From Bacteriovoracaceae bacterium (GTDB taxonomy: Bacteria; Bdellovibrionota; Bacteriovoracia; Bacteriovoracales; Bacteriovoracaceae): a stretch of DNA of 37,382 nt. The stretch is from positions 1 through 37,382 of the forward strand of contig JABIHA010000093.1 of assembly GCA_018649885.1 (NCBI GenBank). The letters run 5' to 3'. The translations under genes were made by a program, and so were the position numbers. Position 1 is the stretch's first letter. The number at the start of each line of letters is the position of its first letter. Below are positions 1 through 8,653 of the stretch, piece by piece. The notes under the pieces are model-generated. The model saw only the letters and a program-made list of their open reading frames with translations. It was not told where the DNA came from and ran no database searches.

Positions 1-2
1 AA

Positions 3-215
3 TCCTTATATAAGAAACAGTATGGACACGATCCAGATGTAAGGGCCATTCATGCAGGTCTTGAATGCGGCATTCTTCTAGAGAAAATTGGCAAAATGGA
101 TTCAATTTCTTTTGGCCCCACAATTACTGGTGCTCATTCTCCGAGTGAGCAAGTCAAAATTGGGGATGTGAAATTAATGTGGGAGCTTTTGCTTTCGCTA
201 CTTGATTCACTCTAG
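3..215 (+). CDS. pepD: 3' end of aminoacyl-histidine dipeptidase (M20 family), truncated by window start
   Basis: Frame 3 reads ...VRAIHAGLECGILLEKIGKMDSISFGPTITGAHSPSEQVKI...*, with the PepD C-terminal IHAGLECG and SFGPTIxGAHSPxE motifs. Stop TAG at 213-215. Not in the ORF track. Confidence 0.88.
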   Translation, partial: SLYKKQYGHDPDVRAIHAGLECGILLEKIGKMDSISFGPTITGAHSPSEQVKIGDVKLMWELLLSLLDSL

Positions 216-217
216 CC

Positions 218-1564
218 ATGTCTGGAAAGCAAAGTCGCCATAGAGAATTTTCTGTATTTCAAATTATTAAATACTCTATCCCGGCATCACTATCTTCTTT
301 AGTCGGTCCACTCGCCTCTGTTGTAGACACATCACTAATAGGACATTTGGGAAGCCATGAGCTTGCTGCCCTATCTTTATGTGTATCGGTGATAGAATCT
401 TTTGGATGGCTTTTAATTTTTCTAGTGCATGGGCCTACAGGAAATATTTCATTTTACCTTGGGCAGAAAAAATATGAAATGGTTGGAAAAACCATAAAGG
501 TCTCACTTTTTTCAGCTCTAAGCACGGGGATACTTGCAAGCATCTTTTTATTTTTCACCATAAATCAAATTTGGGATCTCTATGGTGCTGATTCTCAGCT
601 TAGAAGCCTGGCAACTGATTATATGAATATTCGGCTTTTGGCCCTTCCACTATCAATACTACTTACTTCAATTACTGGAATCCTGAGAGGTCTAGACTTA
701 ATTGTTCGCTCCCTCGTGCTTTCATCAATTACAACAATTTTAAATTTTATCATCTCCTTTATTCTGATTTACCATTTTAAAATGGGACTGGCCGGAGCGG
801 GTCTTGGTACACTGATCTCACTAATCATTGGAGTGGTCTTAGGTTTTGGGCAGTTCTTTATAGGTGAGAGAGCGAGGTTATTTAAATTACATAGTCTGAA
901 CTTTTTTGAGGTAAAAATTTGGAAGAATTTTTCAAAAGATTCCATCTCTCTTTTGGGAAGATCAGCTTTTTTAGTGAGCTCGTTTTTTATTGCCACCATA
1001 GTGGCCACAAGGCTTGGCCATATTCAGCTGGCCACACATCAAATCGTATTACAGCTATGGCTTTTTTCTTCCTATTTTATCGACGGAATAGCCATTACTG
1101 GAAATATACAAGTGGCCTTATTTCTGGGAGAGGGAAATCAGCAAAAATCTATTCACTATATAAAAAAGACATTGGTGATGAGTCTAGGAATAGGACTTTT
1201 CTTTATGCTGGGCTATTTTCTATTTAAGGATTTGCTGGTGGGGATATTTACAACAGATCGTGATATTGCCATATTATTTTCAAATATCTTTTTGCCAGTT
1301 TGTCTTTTCCAGTTTCCCAATGCCTTGGCCTTTGTGACCGATGGGATTGTCTTTGGTCTCAGAAAATTTCATTTGCTAGCTCTTCATATGGGGGTGGGAT
1401 TTGTAATGTTATTTTTACCCTTCACTTACCTGGGTTATTCCAGCAGTAGCCTGACTCTAGTTTGGGTTGCTATGGGAATGTTGAACCTTTTCCGCGCAGT
1501 GTCGGGCTTGTGGATTATTCGTAATTACTTTATCGTTAGTGGTAGTGGTACCAGAAAAATATAA
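218..1564 (+). CDS. MATE family efflux transporter (DinF-like)
   Basis: 448 aa, about 12 hydrophobic segments; PLASVVDTSLIGHLGSHELAAL, GILRGL and GLAGAGLGT motifs typical of MATE/DinF. Confidence 0.9.
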   Translation: MSGKQSRHREFSVFQIIKYSIPASLSSLVGPLASVVDTSLIGHLGSHELAALSLCVSVIESFGWLLIFLVHGPTGNISFYLGQKKYEMVGKTIKVSLFSALSTGILASIFLFFTINQIWDLYGADSQLRSLATDYMNIRLLALPLSILLTSITGILRGLDLIVRSLVLSSITTILNFIISFILIYHFKMGLAGAGLGTLISLIIGVVLGFGQFFIGERARLFKLHSLNFFEVKIWKNFSKDSISLLGRSAFLVSSFFIATIVATRLGHIQLATHQIVLQLWLFSSYFIDGIAITGNIQVALFLGEGNQQKSIHYIKKTLVMSLGIGLFFMLGYFLFKDLLVGIFTTDRDIAILFSNIFLPVCLFQFPNALAFVTDGIVFGLRKFHLLALHMGVGFVMLFLPFTYLGYSSSSLTLVWVAMGMLNLFRAVSGLWIIRNYFIVSGSGTRKI

Positions 1565-2516
1565 AAAGATATTCAAATCCCTGTTAAAAATACCTGTGTA
1601 TTATGGGCGTTCAATTTGGGGAGGGGCATCCATTTTTTTTAAAGAAAATGGTACTTTTTCTTCCGCATCAGTTTCATTTTATATTGTTCTTGGCGCCTTT
1701 CCGTTAGTGCTTCTTGTGATTACTTTGATAGGGGAGGCATTAGGTGACTATAGCTGGGCCCAAACTCAGATTCTCGAGTTACTCGAAATCGGCTTTCCCT
1801 CGTTGGGTGAAACCATTACCGAAAATCTAGCGAAGGTAATGGAGTTTAGGCTTGTTGGGAAAAGTACCTCGAAGATTTTCAATATCTGTATTCTTTGCCT
1901 TTCATCATTCTCTCTTTTTCAGGCCTTTTTTAAAGGGATATTTAATATTACAAGAGATGAGCATTTCAAGCTTGCCTGGTACAACCTTGAGTCCTTGATG
2001 GGCGTGGCCTTGGTCATATTATTTTTAATCGGAATTTTTGTATTTCCGACCTTTTTGGCCTTCTTAGTAAATATTGCTGAAGGAGAGATAATCACATCTG
2101 CTGATTTAGATATTTTGCCCTTTATAGATAGTATTAGATCTTTTACCAGCTGGGTAAATCTGAGTGGAAGTGTCAATTTGTTGGTAAAGGCCAATATCAT
2201 TCACGGTATTTTTAGCCTGCTCTTTCTTATGTACATCTACAAATGGATGTTTAGAAAAAAGATTAAAAATGTTGATGCCTTTTGTGGAAGTATAACCTTT
2301 GTATTCATATTCATTGCAGGCAAGTGGCTCTATTTCTATTACCTGCTTTATGCCAAAGCGAACCTGGCAAGAAATTATGGTGATTTTTATACCTTAATTG
2401 TGGCGATGCTATGGATTTACTTTTTAACCAACTCATTTTTTCTAGGTGCTTGCATAAGTTATTCTTCGTTGCGTAAAAGTTCTGAATTAGAAGAGAAAAC
2501 TAAGGCGTGCACCTAA
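1539..2516 (+). CDS. YihY/BrkB family inner membrane protein
   Basis: SASVSFYIVLGAFP near the N-terminus and YGDFYTLIVAMLWIY..FFLGA near the C-terminus; multi-TM. Confidence 0.85.
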   Translation: MVVVPEKYKKIFKSLLKIPVYYGRSIWGGASIFFKENGTFSSASVSFYIVLGAFPLVLLVITLIGEALGDYSWAQTQILELLEIGFPSLGETITENLAKVMEFRLVGKSTSKIFNICILCLSSFSLFQAFFKGIFNITRDEHFKLAWYNLESLMGVALVILFLIGIFVFPTFLAFLVNIAEGEIITSADLDILPFIDSIRSFTSWVNLSGSVNLLVKANIIHGIFSLLFLMYIYKWMFRKKIKNVDAFCGSITFVFIFIAGKWLYFYYLLYAKANLARNYGDFYTLIVAMLWIYFLTNSFFLGACISYSSLRKSSELEEKTKACT

Positions 2517-2522
2517 ATTATT

Positions 2523-2531
2523 TGCTATATT
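2523..2531 (+). promoter_or_regulatory. Extended -10 element, candidate leaderless start of the yggT-like gene
   Basis: TG-C-TATATT lies 6 nt before ATG 2538, and there is no Shine-Dalgarno. Confidence 0.4.
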
Positions 2532-2537
2532 CTAACA

Positions 2538-2759
2538 ATGATAAGGTTTGTCCTATATATATACATTTTAGTTTTGTTTGTAGACGCAGCTTTAAGCTAC
2601 TTTCCTAGTCTTAATAAAGAGGCGTGGAGACTAAAAATAAAGTTAGTGGCCGACTTCACACTTGATCCCATCAGAAAAGTACTACCAGCGGATCTTCCTT
2701 TTGATATTTCACCTATTATTGCTTTTGTTGTGATTCAACTTATCATGGCACTCTGGTAA
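2538..2759 (+). CDS. yggT: YggT family membrane protein
   Basis: 73 aa with the YggT signature FTLDPIRKVLP...FDISPIIAFVVI. Confidence 0.88.
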   Translation: MIRFVLYIYILVLFVDAALSYFPSLNKEAWRLKIKLVADFTLDPIRKVLPADLPFDISPIIAFVVIQLIMALW

Positions 2760-2833
2760 TCCCAGTTTATACTGATCCCAGTATAGTTTGTCATACAAGC
2801 AGATACATTTTATCATTTAGTGGATGAAAGGAT

Positions 2834-3652
2834 TTGACTATGGATGGTAAACAAATTGACTGGCTATTTAAGATGGTCGACGAGACGCTTGAGCACTCGG
2901 ATATTAGCTCAGGTGAAAACCCTTTTGATGATGATTTGGAGTTTTCGGCAAAGCCACCCAAATCTCCAGGCTATGTCTTTGCCATTGATAAGAAAAAAAC
3001 AACATTTAAAATTCATGGAAAGGTCGTAAGTGATTTAGCGAAGTTCTATGAGTCACTGGATGGCCCCGCAGAAGATCCCTATATTCAAATTGGAATCAAA
3101 AGTCCTGAGAACAAAAACCTTTCAGAAATATTATATTTTCCTACAGAGTATATAGAATTATCTGAGTCGATTCATCAGTGTACTGATAATTACAGATTTA
3201 CTCTATTTGAAGATTGTACTTTTAATATTGGAGACCCCAACGGCTCCTGGTGGCTATTCAAGGGAAAGCAAAAATTTGAGATTCGCTTTGGTTACCCTGG
3301 TGGGCTTGGTGTTGAAAACTATATTAAACTTGGAAAGCTGGGTGACAGCCTGAGCGCGTGCTCTAAGTTCAAGGCCTCAAAGCTGTTTTTTGAAAAATTC
3401 TTTGAGCTAGAAAATTTTGAAATTAGTGAAAGAAAGATTCTTATAGAGTCTAGCTTTGAAAGTCTTGATGGTTTGAATTTACTGTCTGATATACTTGCAG
3501 GTCGAGCAGAAGTGAGTGCAATCTACGAAATGTTTCACGGACAATTAGAGCCAGGACTATATTATTATTTAAGAGAGCTAAAGACTTTGGCCGATTTTTG
3601 GAAAGTTATTGAACCTGCTTTGGACCGCCCGAGGGATCCCTATCTGGCATAA
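2834..3652 (+). CDS. Hypothetical protein, possibly a degenerate GIY-YIG/UvrC-N-like domain
   Basis: 272-aa ORF with AAGGA upstream. PKSPGYVFAID...IHGKVVSDL loosely resembles the GIY-YIG PxxPGVY...YVGKAxNL pattern. Confidence 0.6.
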   Translation: MTMDGKQIDWLFKMVDETLEHSDISSGENPFDDDLEFSAKPPKSPGYVFAIDKKKTTFKIHGKVVSDLAKFYESLDGPAEDPYIQIGIKSPENKNLSEILYFPTEYIELSESIHQCTDNYRFTLFEDCTFNIGDPNGSWWLFKGKQKFEIRFGYPGGLGVENYIKLGKLGDSLSACSKFKASKLFFEKFFELENFEISERKILIESSFESLDGLNLLSDILAGRAEVSAIYEMFHGQLEPGLYYYLRELKTLADFWKVIEPALDRPRDPYLA

Positions 3653-3890
3653 TCGCTGTATATTGGTCTTTACCAAGTAGATATCCAACAACTACAAGCT
3701 GGGCCAGCATTCCCAGTTGATCCTCATCTTCAATGCCGTAGAACTCTTCTATATGTTCAATAAATAATTCGATGGCATCATCTGAGATGTGGGATTCAAC
3801 AATTTTGATAATATCTTCTTGTTCAAGAGAGTTGAAGTGCTCCAAAAAGAGTTTAATTTTTTCAAGGTTTTCTGTTTCATTTATGTCCAT
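3606..3890 (-). CDS. Hypothetical acidic helical protein
   Basis: ORF track gives 3606..4058, but protein-like sequence begins at MDINETENLEK (ATG 3890). The longer version would overlap the sigma54 promoter. Confidence 0.6.
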   Translation of the reverse strand: MDINETENLEKIKLFLEHFNSLEQEDIIKIVESHISDDAIELFIEHIEEFYGIEDEDQLGMLAQLVVVGYLLGKDQYTAIMPDRDPSGGPKQVQ

Positions 3891-4052
3891 AACACCAAAT
3901 ACCATGTGACCAGGGAGACGTAAAATCATAGATGTATGAGGAAGTAGAAAAGATGCCAAATTGGGCCTGATCTTTTGACTCGCGGGGTCAATTATTCCCC
4001 TGCCAAAATGCCTGGAAAGACTATAACTACTTGAAAATATGTACTTTTGTTT

Positions 4053-4068
4053 TGGCACACGGCTTGCT
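4053..4068 (+). promoter_or_regulatory. Sigma54 (RpoN) -24/-12 promoter
   Basis: TGGCAC-ACGGC-TTGCT is an exact match to TGGCAC-N5-TTGCW, oriented toward ORF 4144. rpoN is present in the window. Confidence 0.8.
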
Positions 4069-4143
4069 TTTATAAGAGCAACCCGGCGGACCTTATGGAT
4101 GGGATTCGCTTTTAGCTTTTTATACAGGAAGTAGGAGAAAGGT

Positions 4144-4479
4144 ATGACACTAGGGCAATGTTTAGAAGAAATTAGACACGTTTATCTCGGTGGGAACCTT
4201 GAGAAAATGACCAAGGTTGGGATGTTTCTCATAAGGGATATCAAAAAAAATCATTACCCTGCTGGAGATTTTCCGCGCCATGGATGGCTAGTACGGATAT
4301 GTGACACAGGACCAAGTGTATCAAATGGGGATGTCAGCATCGGGGTCGATTTAAGTCCCAAGAACAAGCATAGGCCCATAGTTAATAAGCCAGCGCCTGA
4401 AGCAAAGGCATTCGATTCAAATTATTATCAAAAAGTTCTTCAGCTTCGGAAAGAAGCCTATCGAAGAGGACTACTCTAA
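4144..4479 (+). CDS. Hypothetical protein (111 aa), putatively sigma54-dependent
   Basis: Strong SD (AGGAG) before ATG; no recognisable domain. Confidence 0.6.
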   Translation: MTLGQCLEEIRHVYLGGNLEKMTKVGMFLIRDIKKNHYPAGDFPRHGWLVRICDTGPSVSNGDVSIGVDLSPKNKHRPIVNKPAPEAKAFDSNYYQKVLQLRKEAYRRGLL

Positions 4480-4546
4480 AAAACCCATATTATTTTATAT
4501 TTCCACGGATGGAACACGAGCTACAAGGATGTGGCTAGCGTATCAG

Positions 4547-4588
4547 TGCACGGAGGATCTTATGATCCTCCTGTGTCCTGTGCATTTT
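4547..4588 (+). terminator. Terminator-like hairpin
   Basis: GGAGGATC-TTAT-GATCCTCC (4552-4571) enclosed by TGCAC/GTGCA and followed by TTTT. Confidence 0.55.
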
Positions 4589-4626
4589 CCAAAATTGTGG
4601 TAAAATATTGAAAAGACAAGAGGTCT

Positions 4627-5337
4627 TTGGATTTAAACAGGACGTTTAATATGGGACTTGGCAGTGGAACTAGCGAAGCCGTTGGAAGTGATGCTCTAAA
4701 AAAGGCCATCGAAAGAAATAGGGCAAAGCGTGCAAAGCGCGACAAGGCTCCTTCAAGTTACAAAAAACAAACTGAGTTAAGCTTATTTTCTCCAAAATCT
4801 AAATCAAAACCTAAGTCGCGACCTAAAGCTAAATTACCACGCTCTCCACTTTCTTTTGATGAAGAAATGGCACCGGTGCCCAGAAAATCAAATCGTTCTT
4901 CTAGGCGCAGTAGACTTGCAGGGATTGAGGATATTGAATTTTCTGGTCCTCTAAGAAAACCGCCTAGAAAGGCACCTGCCTCTATTTCATATCTTGAAAA
5001 GCCAGCTCAAAAGCGAAAGCGAGCGGGTAAATCTGGTTCAAAACTTGAAAAAATATTTGTAAAGCTTGGCTGGGTAAGTTGTCTCGTTTTGGCCTTTCGG
5101 CTGATATTTGCGGGCGGGGGATTACTCGATTTCTACAATATGGATAAAGTTTTAGTTTCAAAGAGTAGGGGACTGGCCAGTATTAAAGAAGAAAATCAAA
5201 ATCTAAAAGATGAAATTATAAAAATACGGACAAATCGCAAGTATCAAAAGAAATTGGCCAGGACTCACTTGGGAGTTATTTCTTCTGAAGAGTACTTGGT
5301 GCTATTTGCAACTGACTCGTCTTTGAAGACCAAGTAA
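4627..5337 (+). CDS. Septum formation initiator (FtsB/DivIC) family protein with long basic N-terminal extension
   Basis: One TM, then GLLDFY, a coiled coil (EENQNLKDEI) and KKLARTHLGVISSEE, matching FtsB/DivIC ExxARxxLGxxxxxE. Extended -10 TGGTAAAAT lies upstream. Confidence 0.75.
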   Translation: MDLNRTFNMGLGSGTSEAVGSDALKKAIERNRAKRAKRDKAPSSYKKQTELSLFSPKSKSKPKSRPKAKLPRSPLSFDEEMAPVPRKSNRSSRRSRLAGIEDIEFSGPLRKPPRKAPASISYLEKPAQKRKRAGKSGSKLEKIFVKLGWVSCLVLAFRLIFAGGGLLDFYNMDKVLVSKSRGLASIKEENQNLKDEIIKIRTNRKYQKKLARTHLGVISSEEYLVLFATDSSLKTK

Positions 5338-5833
5338 GTATATCTCCCACTGCCAATTCTTTTGAGATACTAGAGCCCGCTTTGAGCTCTAGTACATGAG
5401 CGCAATAAATTGTGGGAGTTCTGGCAATGGCCGGGGGTTCAGACTTTCCTGGGTGATGGGCCACATTTCTTTCTATGGCCAAGATTTTTAGCTTAGGGCT
5501 AAGAAAAAATATATCTAAATTAAAATAAGTGTCTGGCATCCAAAAGGAGCGATAGCCTTCAGTAGGGTAGTAGAAAATCATCGCCTGGTTTTCTTTGAAG
5601 CTTTCTGCTTTTACTCCACTTAATCCCTGTGTTTGTTGACTTGCTGTCTCGGCCACTATGGTTTCAATGGTTTTGCTTCTAGGCGTTGTAAGAATTCCTC
5701 TTTGGTAGCTAGCCCCCGGATCATACTTGCTTTGGCACGACGAAAGGCTTGCGAATATTATTAATCCGAAAAACAGATTTTTCAGGACTTTTGGGCCTAA
5801 ATCAAACATATCTGGTATATCCTTATTTTTCAT
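5276..5833 (-). CDS. DUF192 domain lipoprotein
   Basis: QTQGLS...AMIFYY...SFWMPDTYFNLDIFF...VLELKAG motifs; lipobox LSSC. True start may be somewhat downstream. Confidence 0.85.
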   Translation of the reverse strand: MKNKDIPDMFDLGPKVLKNLFFGLIIFASLSSCQSKYDPGASYQRGILTTPRSKTIETIVAETASQQTQGLSGVKAESFKENQAMIFYYPTEGYRSFWMPDTYFNLDIFFLSPKLKILAIERNVAHHPGKSEPPAIARTPTIYCAHVLELKAGSSISKELAVGDILTWSSKTSQLQIAPSTLQKK

Positions 5834-5876
5834 AAAATCATAACCCCAGATGCGGCCCTATGGCGAGGAGTGAAAA

Positions 5877-7652
5877 GTGAGTGTGTTAGAAGGTCTGATG
5901 AGATCTCACAATTGCGGAGAGTTAACAGTAGAGCATGTTGGAGAGGTTGTTACCCTTTGTGGTTGGGTTAATAAGTATCGAGATCTGGGTGGCCTTCACT
6001 TCATTGATGTCAGAGATAAATATGGCCTAACACAACTTGGATTTGATGATTACAAAGGTGATTTGAAAGAATTAAAAAACTGTGCACTAGAGTCAGTTGT
6101 TATGGCGAAGGGACTTGTCCAAAAAAGACCTGATGGTGCCTCAAATAAAAAAATTAAAACTGGTGAAGTTGAAGTTCAGGTAAGCGAATTCAAGCTACTC
6201 AGCCGTGCTAAAGATGTTCCATTTTTTCCTCATGCTGAAGAGATTTTGGCAACAGAGGACTTGCGACTTAAATATCGTTATATAGATCTTAGAACTACAA
6301 AACTTCAAGAAATGCTTACTCTTCGAAGTGATACAGTGATGAAAACAAGAACTTGTATGTACTCAGAAGGCTTTGTGGAAGTAGAGACTCCTATTCTCTA
6401 TAAAACAACTCCTGAGGGGGCCAGAGACTACGTAGTTCCAAGTCGTGTTCATCCAGGCAGAGTTTATGCACTTCCACAGTCGCCACAAACACTCAAGCAA
6501 CTGTTAATGATTGGAAACACAGATAAATATTTTCAAATTTGTAGATGCTTTCGGGATGAAGATTTGAGAGCTGATAGGCAACCAGAATTTACTCAACTTG
6601 ATGTGGAAGTTTCATTTGCCACCGAAGAATATATTAAAAACTTAGTCACAAAGCTTTTAAAAATTTGGTTTAAATTATCTGATGACTTTGTACTGCCTAC
6701 TATGCGCTTTACTGATGCCATGGAGAAATATGGCAGTGATAAGCCAGATACTCGCTTTGGCCTAGAGCACATGATAGTCACTGATGTTTTTAAAGGGTGT
6801 GAGTTTGCTACATTTGCTTCACTTAGCGAAAGTGGTGGGCTTATTAAATCTATGTTTATCCCAGAGTCAGTGGGAAGCTTTAGCCGAAAAATATTAGATG
6901 GGTTTACAACTACTGTGAAGCCATTTGGCGGAAAAGGTGTGGCCTGGTTTAAAGTGTCCGCTGAAGGTAGAACCGGAGGCATATCAAAATTTGTTACCGA
7001 TGAAATATTCTCTAGTCTTGAAGGCCTTGCAAGTGAAAAAGGCAATGGAACTTGGCTATTCTTTGCTGACGGCTCAGAGTCTGTTGCTCATGACTGTGCA
7101 GATGCTGTAAGAAGAGAAATTGGGAAAAAGTTTAATCTATATGGAGATGAGTACAGCTTCTTGTGGGTTAACGAGTGGCCACTACTTGAGCACGATGAGA
7201 AGGAAAATCGATTTGCAGCAAGACACCACCCTTTTACATCTCCTTTTGTCGATGATGTTGATGACTTTTTAAGTCTTGATAATGAAAAACTAAAAGTTGT
7301 GCGAGCGCAAGCCTATGACATCGTTGTCAATGGCCACGAATTAGGTGGAGGCTCAGTCAGAATTTATGACCAGGTTGTACAAAAAGCGATGTTTAAAGCA
7401 CTGGGCATGAGTGAAGAAGAAACTGAGAGGCAGTTTGGGTTTTTCATTGAGGCCTTAAATTACGGCACTCCTCCTCACGCAGGTATTGCTTTTGGAGTTG
7501 ATAGATTAATTATGCTACTTGCAAAAAATGAAAATATTAGAGATGCAATTGCTTTCCCTAAAACAACCTCGGCCACTGATTTGATGGCGCAGGCTCCGTC
7601 CGCTCCAGGAAAGGCCCAGTTAAAAGAGCTAGGTATTTCACTAATAGAATAA
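5877..7652 (+). CDS. aspS: Aspartate--tRNA ligase
   Basis: MRSHNCGEL, RLKYRYIDLR, TPEGARDY, LPQSPQ, CFRDEDLRADRQPEFTQLD and YGTPPHAGIAFGVDR. Confidence 0.98.
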   Translation: MSVLEGLMRSHNCGELTVEHVGEVVTLCGWVNKYRDLGGLHFIDVRDKYGLTQLGFDDYKGDLKELKNCALESVVMAKGLVQKRPDGASNKKIKTGEVEVQVSEFKLLSRAKDVPFFPHAEEILATEDLRLKYRYIDLRTTKLQEMLTLRSDTVMKTRTCMYSEGFVEVETPILYKTTPEGARDYVVPSRVHPGRVYALPQSPQTLKQLLMIGNTDKYFQICRCFRDEDLRADRQPEFTQLDVEVSFATEEYIKNLVTKLLKIWFKLSDDFVLPTMRFTDAMEKYGSDKPDTRFGLEHMIVTDVFKGCEFATFASLSESGGLIKSMFIPESVGSFSRKILDGFTTTVKPFGGKGVAWFKVSAEGRTGGISKFVTDEIFSSLEGLASEKGNGTWLFFADGSESVAHDCADAVRREIGKKFNLYGDEYSFLWVNEWPLLEHDEKENRFAARHHPFTSPFVDDVDDFLSLDNEKLKVVRAQAYDIVVNGHELGGGSVRIYDQVVQKAMFKALGMSEEETERQFGFFIEALNYGTPPHAGIAFGVDRLIMLLAKNENIRDAIAFPKTTSATDLMAQAPSAPGKAQLKELGISLIE

Positions 7653-7665
7653 CAAGAGGTCTAGG

Positions 7666-7968
7666 GTGGAAAAGATTTTTCATATTGCTGATATTGATGA
7701 TTTTAATAAACAAATTAGTAGCGGTCAGTATGTGGCCGCGAGCTTAGAGACGGAGGGCTTTATTCATTGCTCTCAAAAAGAACAACTTCGTTTTGTCAGA
7801 GAAAAATTCTTTAAAGGTGCCACTAATTTACTGCTTTTAGAAATTGACCCCAGTCTTCTTAGCGCAAAGCTTGTCTACGAAACGGCAGATGGTCAGAGCT
7901 TTCCTCATATTTACGGATCTATCAATTCAGACGCTATTGTTAACACTACAAATCTCGATATGGCCTAG
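7666..7968 (+). CDS. DUF952 domain protein
   Basis: IFHI...SLETEGFIHCS...FPHIYGSIN signature. Confidence 0.9.
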   Translation: MEKIFHIADIDDFNKQISSGQYVAASLETEGFIHCSQKEQLRFVREKFFKGATNLLLLEIDPSLLSAKLVYETADGQSFPHIYGSINSDAIVNTTNLDMA

Positions 7969-8576
7969 GATACTTCTTGATTTTGAAAGTCGTAGTCTGG
8001 AGGGCTAAGGTAGATGATATTTGCTGACTGGCTTTCATCCACTCGGTGATCGAGTAATGGTCCATCAGTCGAATAAGTACCCGAAAGAAAATCAGCAACA
8101 CCCAGTCCATCTGATCTAAGTGCAGGAATGATAAATAATAAACCACCCGAGAGCATGCATATGAGATAGCCATAGGTTCTAAGGCACGCCTGAAGTGCTG
8201 TTGGAGCTTCTTCATTTCTCGCAACTACTCTTTGTCCAAAAATAAGCTTGCCCAGCGTTTTTCCCTCTCCCAGAAACATAGTCAAAAAGAAGTAGCTAAA
8301 AGAGACTGCCCAGAATAGGTAGCTTTCAAGGCTTCCAATATTTTTAAGCATAGTGAATTGACTCTTGGGATCTACTTGAAAGAAAAATACCTTCATAAAA
8401 GAGATATAACTTAAAATCAGTGATTTCTTTAAAACCAGTACTGCTATCATATCAACGTAAAATGCATAGACTCTCTTGTTCAACTTAATCTTCTTTCCAG
8501 TGGGCCTAGAATTCTGCCTTACAGGCAAGTGCTCAGAGCTGAGATAGAGAAGATTTTCTTTGTGAGAGCTATTCAT
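7965..8576 (-). CDS. RDD family membrane protein
   Basis: KRVYAFYVD, GKTLGKLIFGQRVV and ADFLSGT motifs. Confidence 0.85.
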   Translation of the reverse strand: MNSSHKENLLYLSSEHLPVRQNSRPTGKKIKLNKRVYAFYVDMIAVLVLKKSLILSYISFMKVFFFQVDPKSQFTMLKNIGSLESYLFWAVSFSYFFLTMFLGEGKTLGKLIFGQRVVARNEEAPTALQACLRTYGYLICMLSGGLLFIIPALRSDGLGVADFLSGTYSTDGPLLDHRVDESQSANIIYLSPPDYDFQNQEVS

Positions 8577-8583
8577 GGAGGAC

Positions 8584-8610
8584 TCATCGGGTATTTAGCT
8601 GAGTCTTTTA
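8584..8610 (-). promoter_or_regulatory. Candidate sigma28 (FliA) promoter for the RDD gene
   Basis: Minus strand TAAA-N15-CCCGATGA versus consensus TAAA-N15-GCCGATAA; 7 nt before ATG 8576. Confidence 0.6.
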
Positions 8611-8653
8611 GTATTATTTTCTGATCAAAGGAATTCTAAGTGATATTAGCAAT

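Larger units (their letters stand above)
4080..4588 (+). ncRNA. Candidate CsrA/RsmA-binding (CsrB/Rsm-like or dual-function) RNA
   Basis: GGA-loop hairpins at 4086-4109, 4123-4133, 4277-4288, 4291-4300, 4501-4514 and 4519-4536, bounded by the sigma54 promoter and a terminator-like hairpin. Confidence 0.45.

Noticed and set aside
3891..4058. N-terminal extension of minus-strand ORF 3606..4058
   Set aside because: It is not protein-like and overlaps the sigma54 promoter region; the likely start is 3890.
6593..7045. 150-aa antisense ORF in aspS, and similar short shadow ORFs inside mutS, rpoN, hflX, suhB, kdsD and others
   Set aside because: They are fully nested opposite or within well-supported genes and have no motifs; expected codon-bias shadows.
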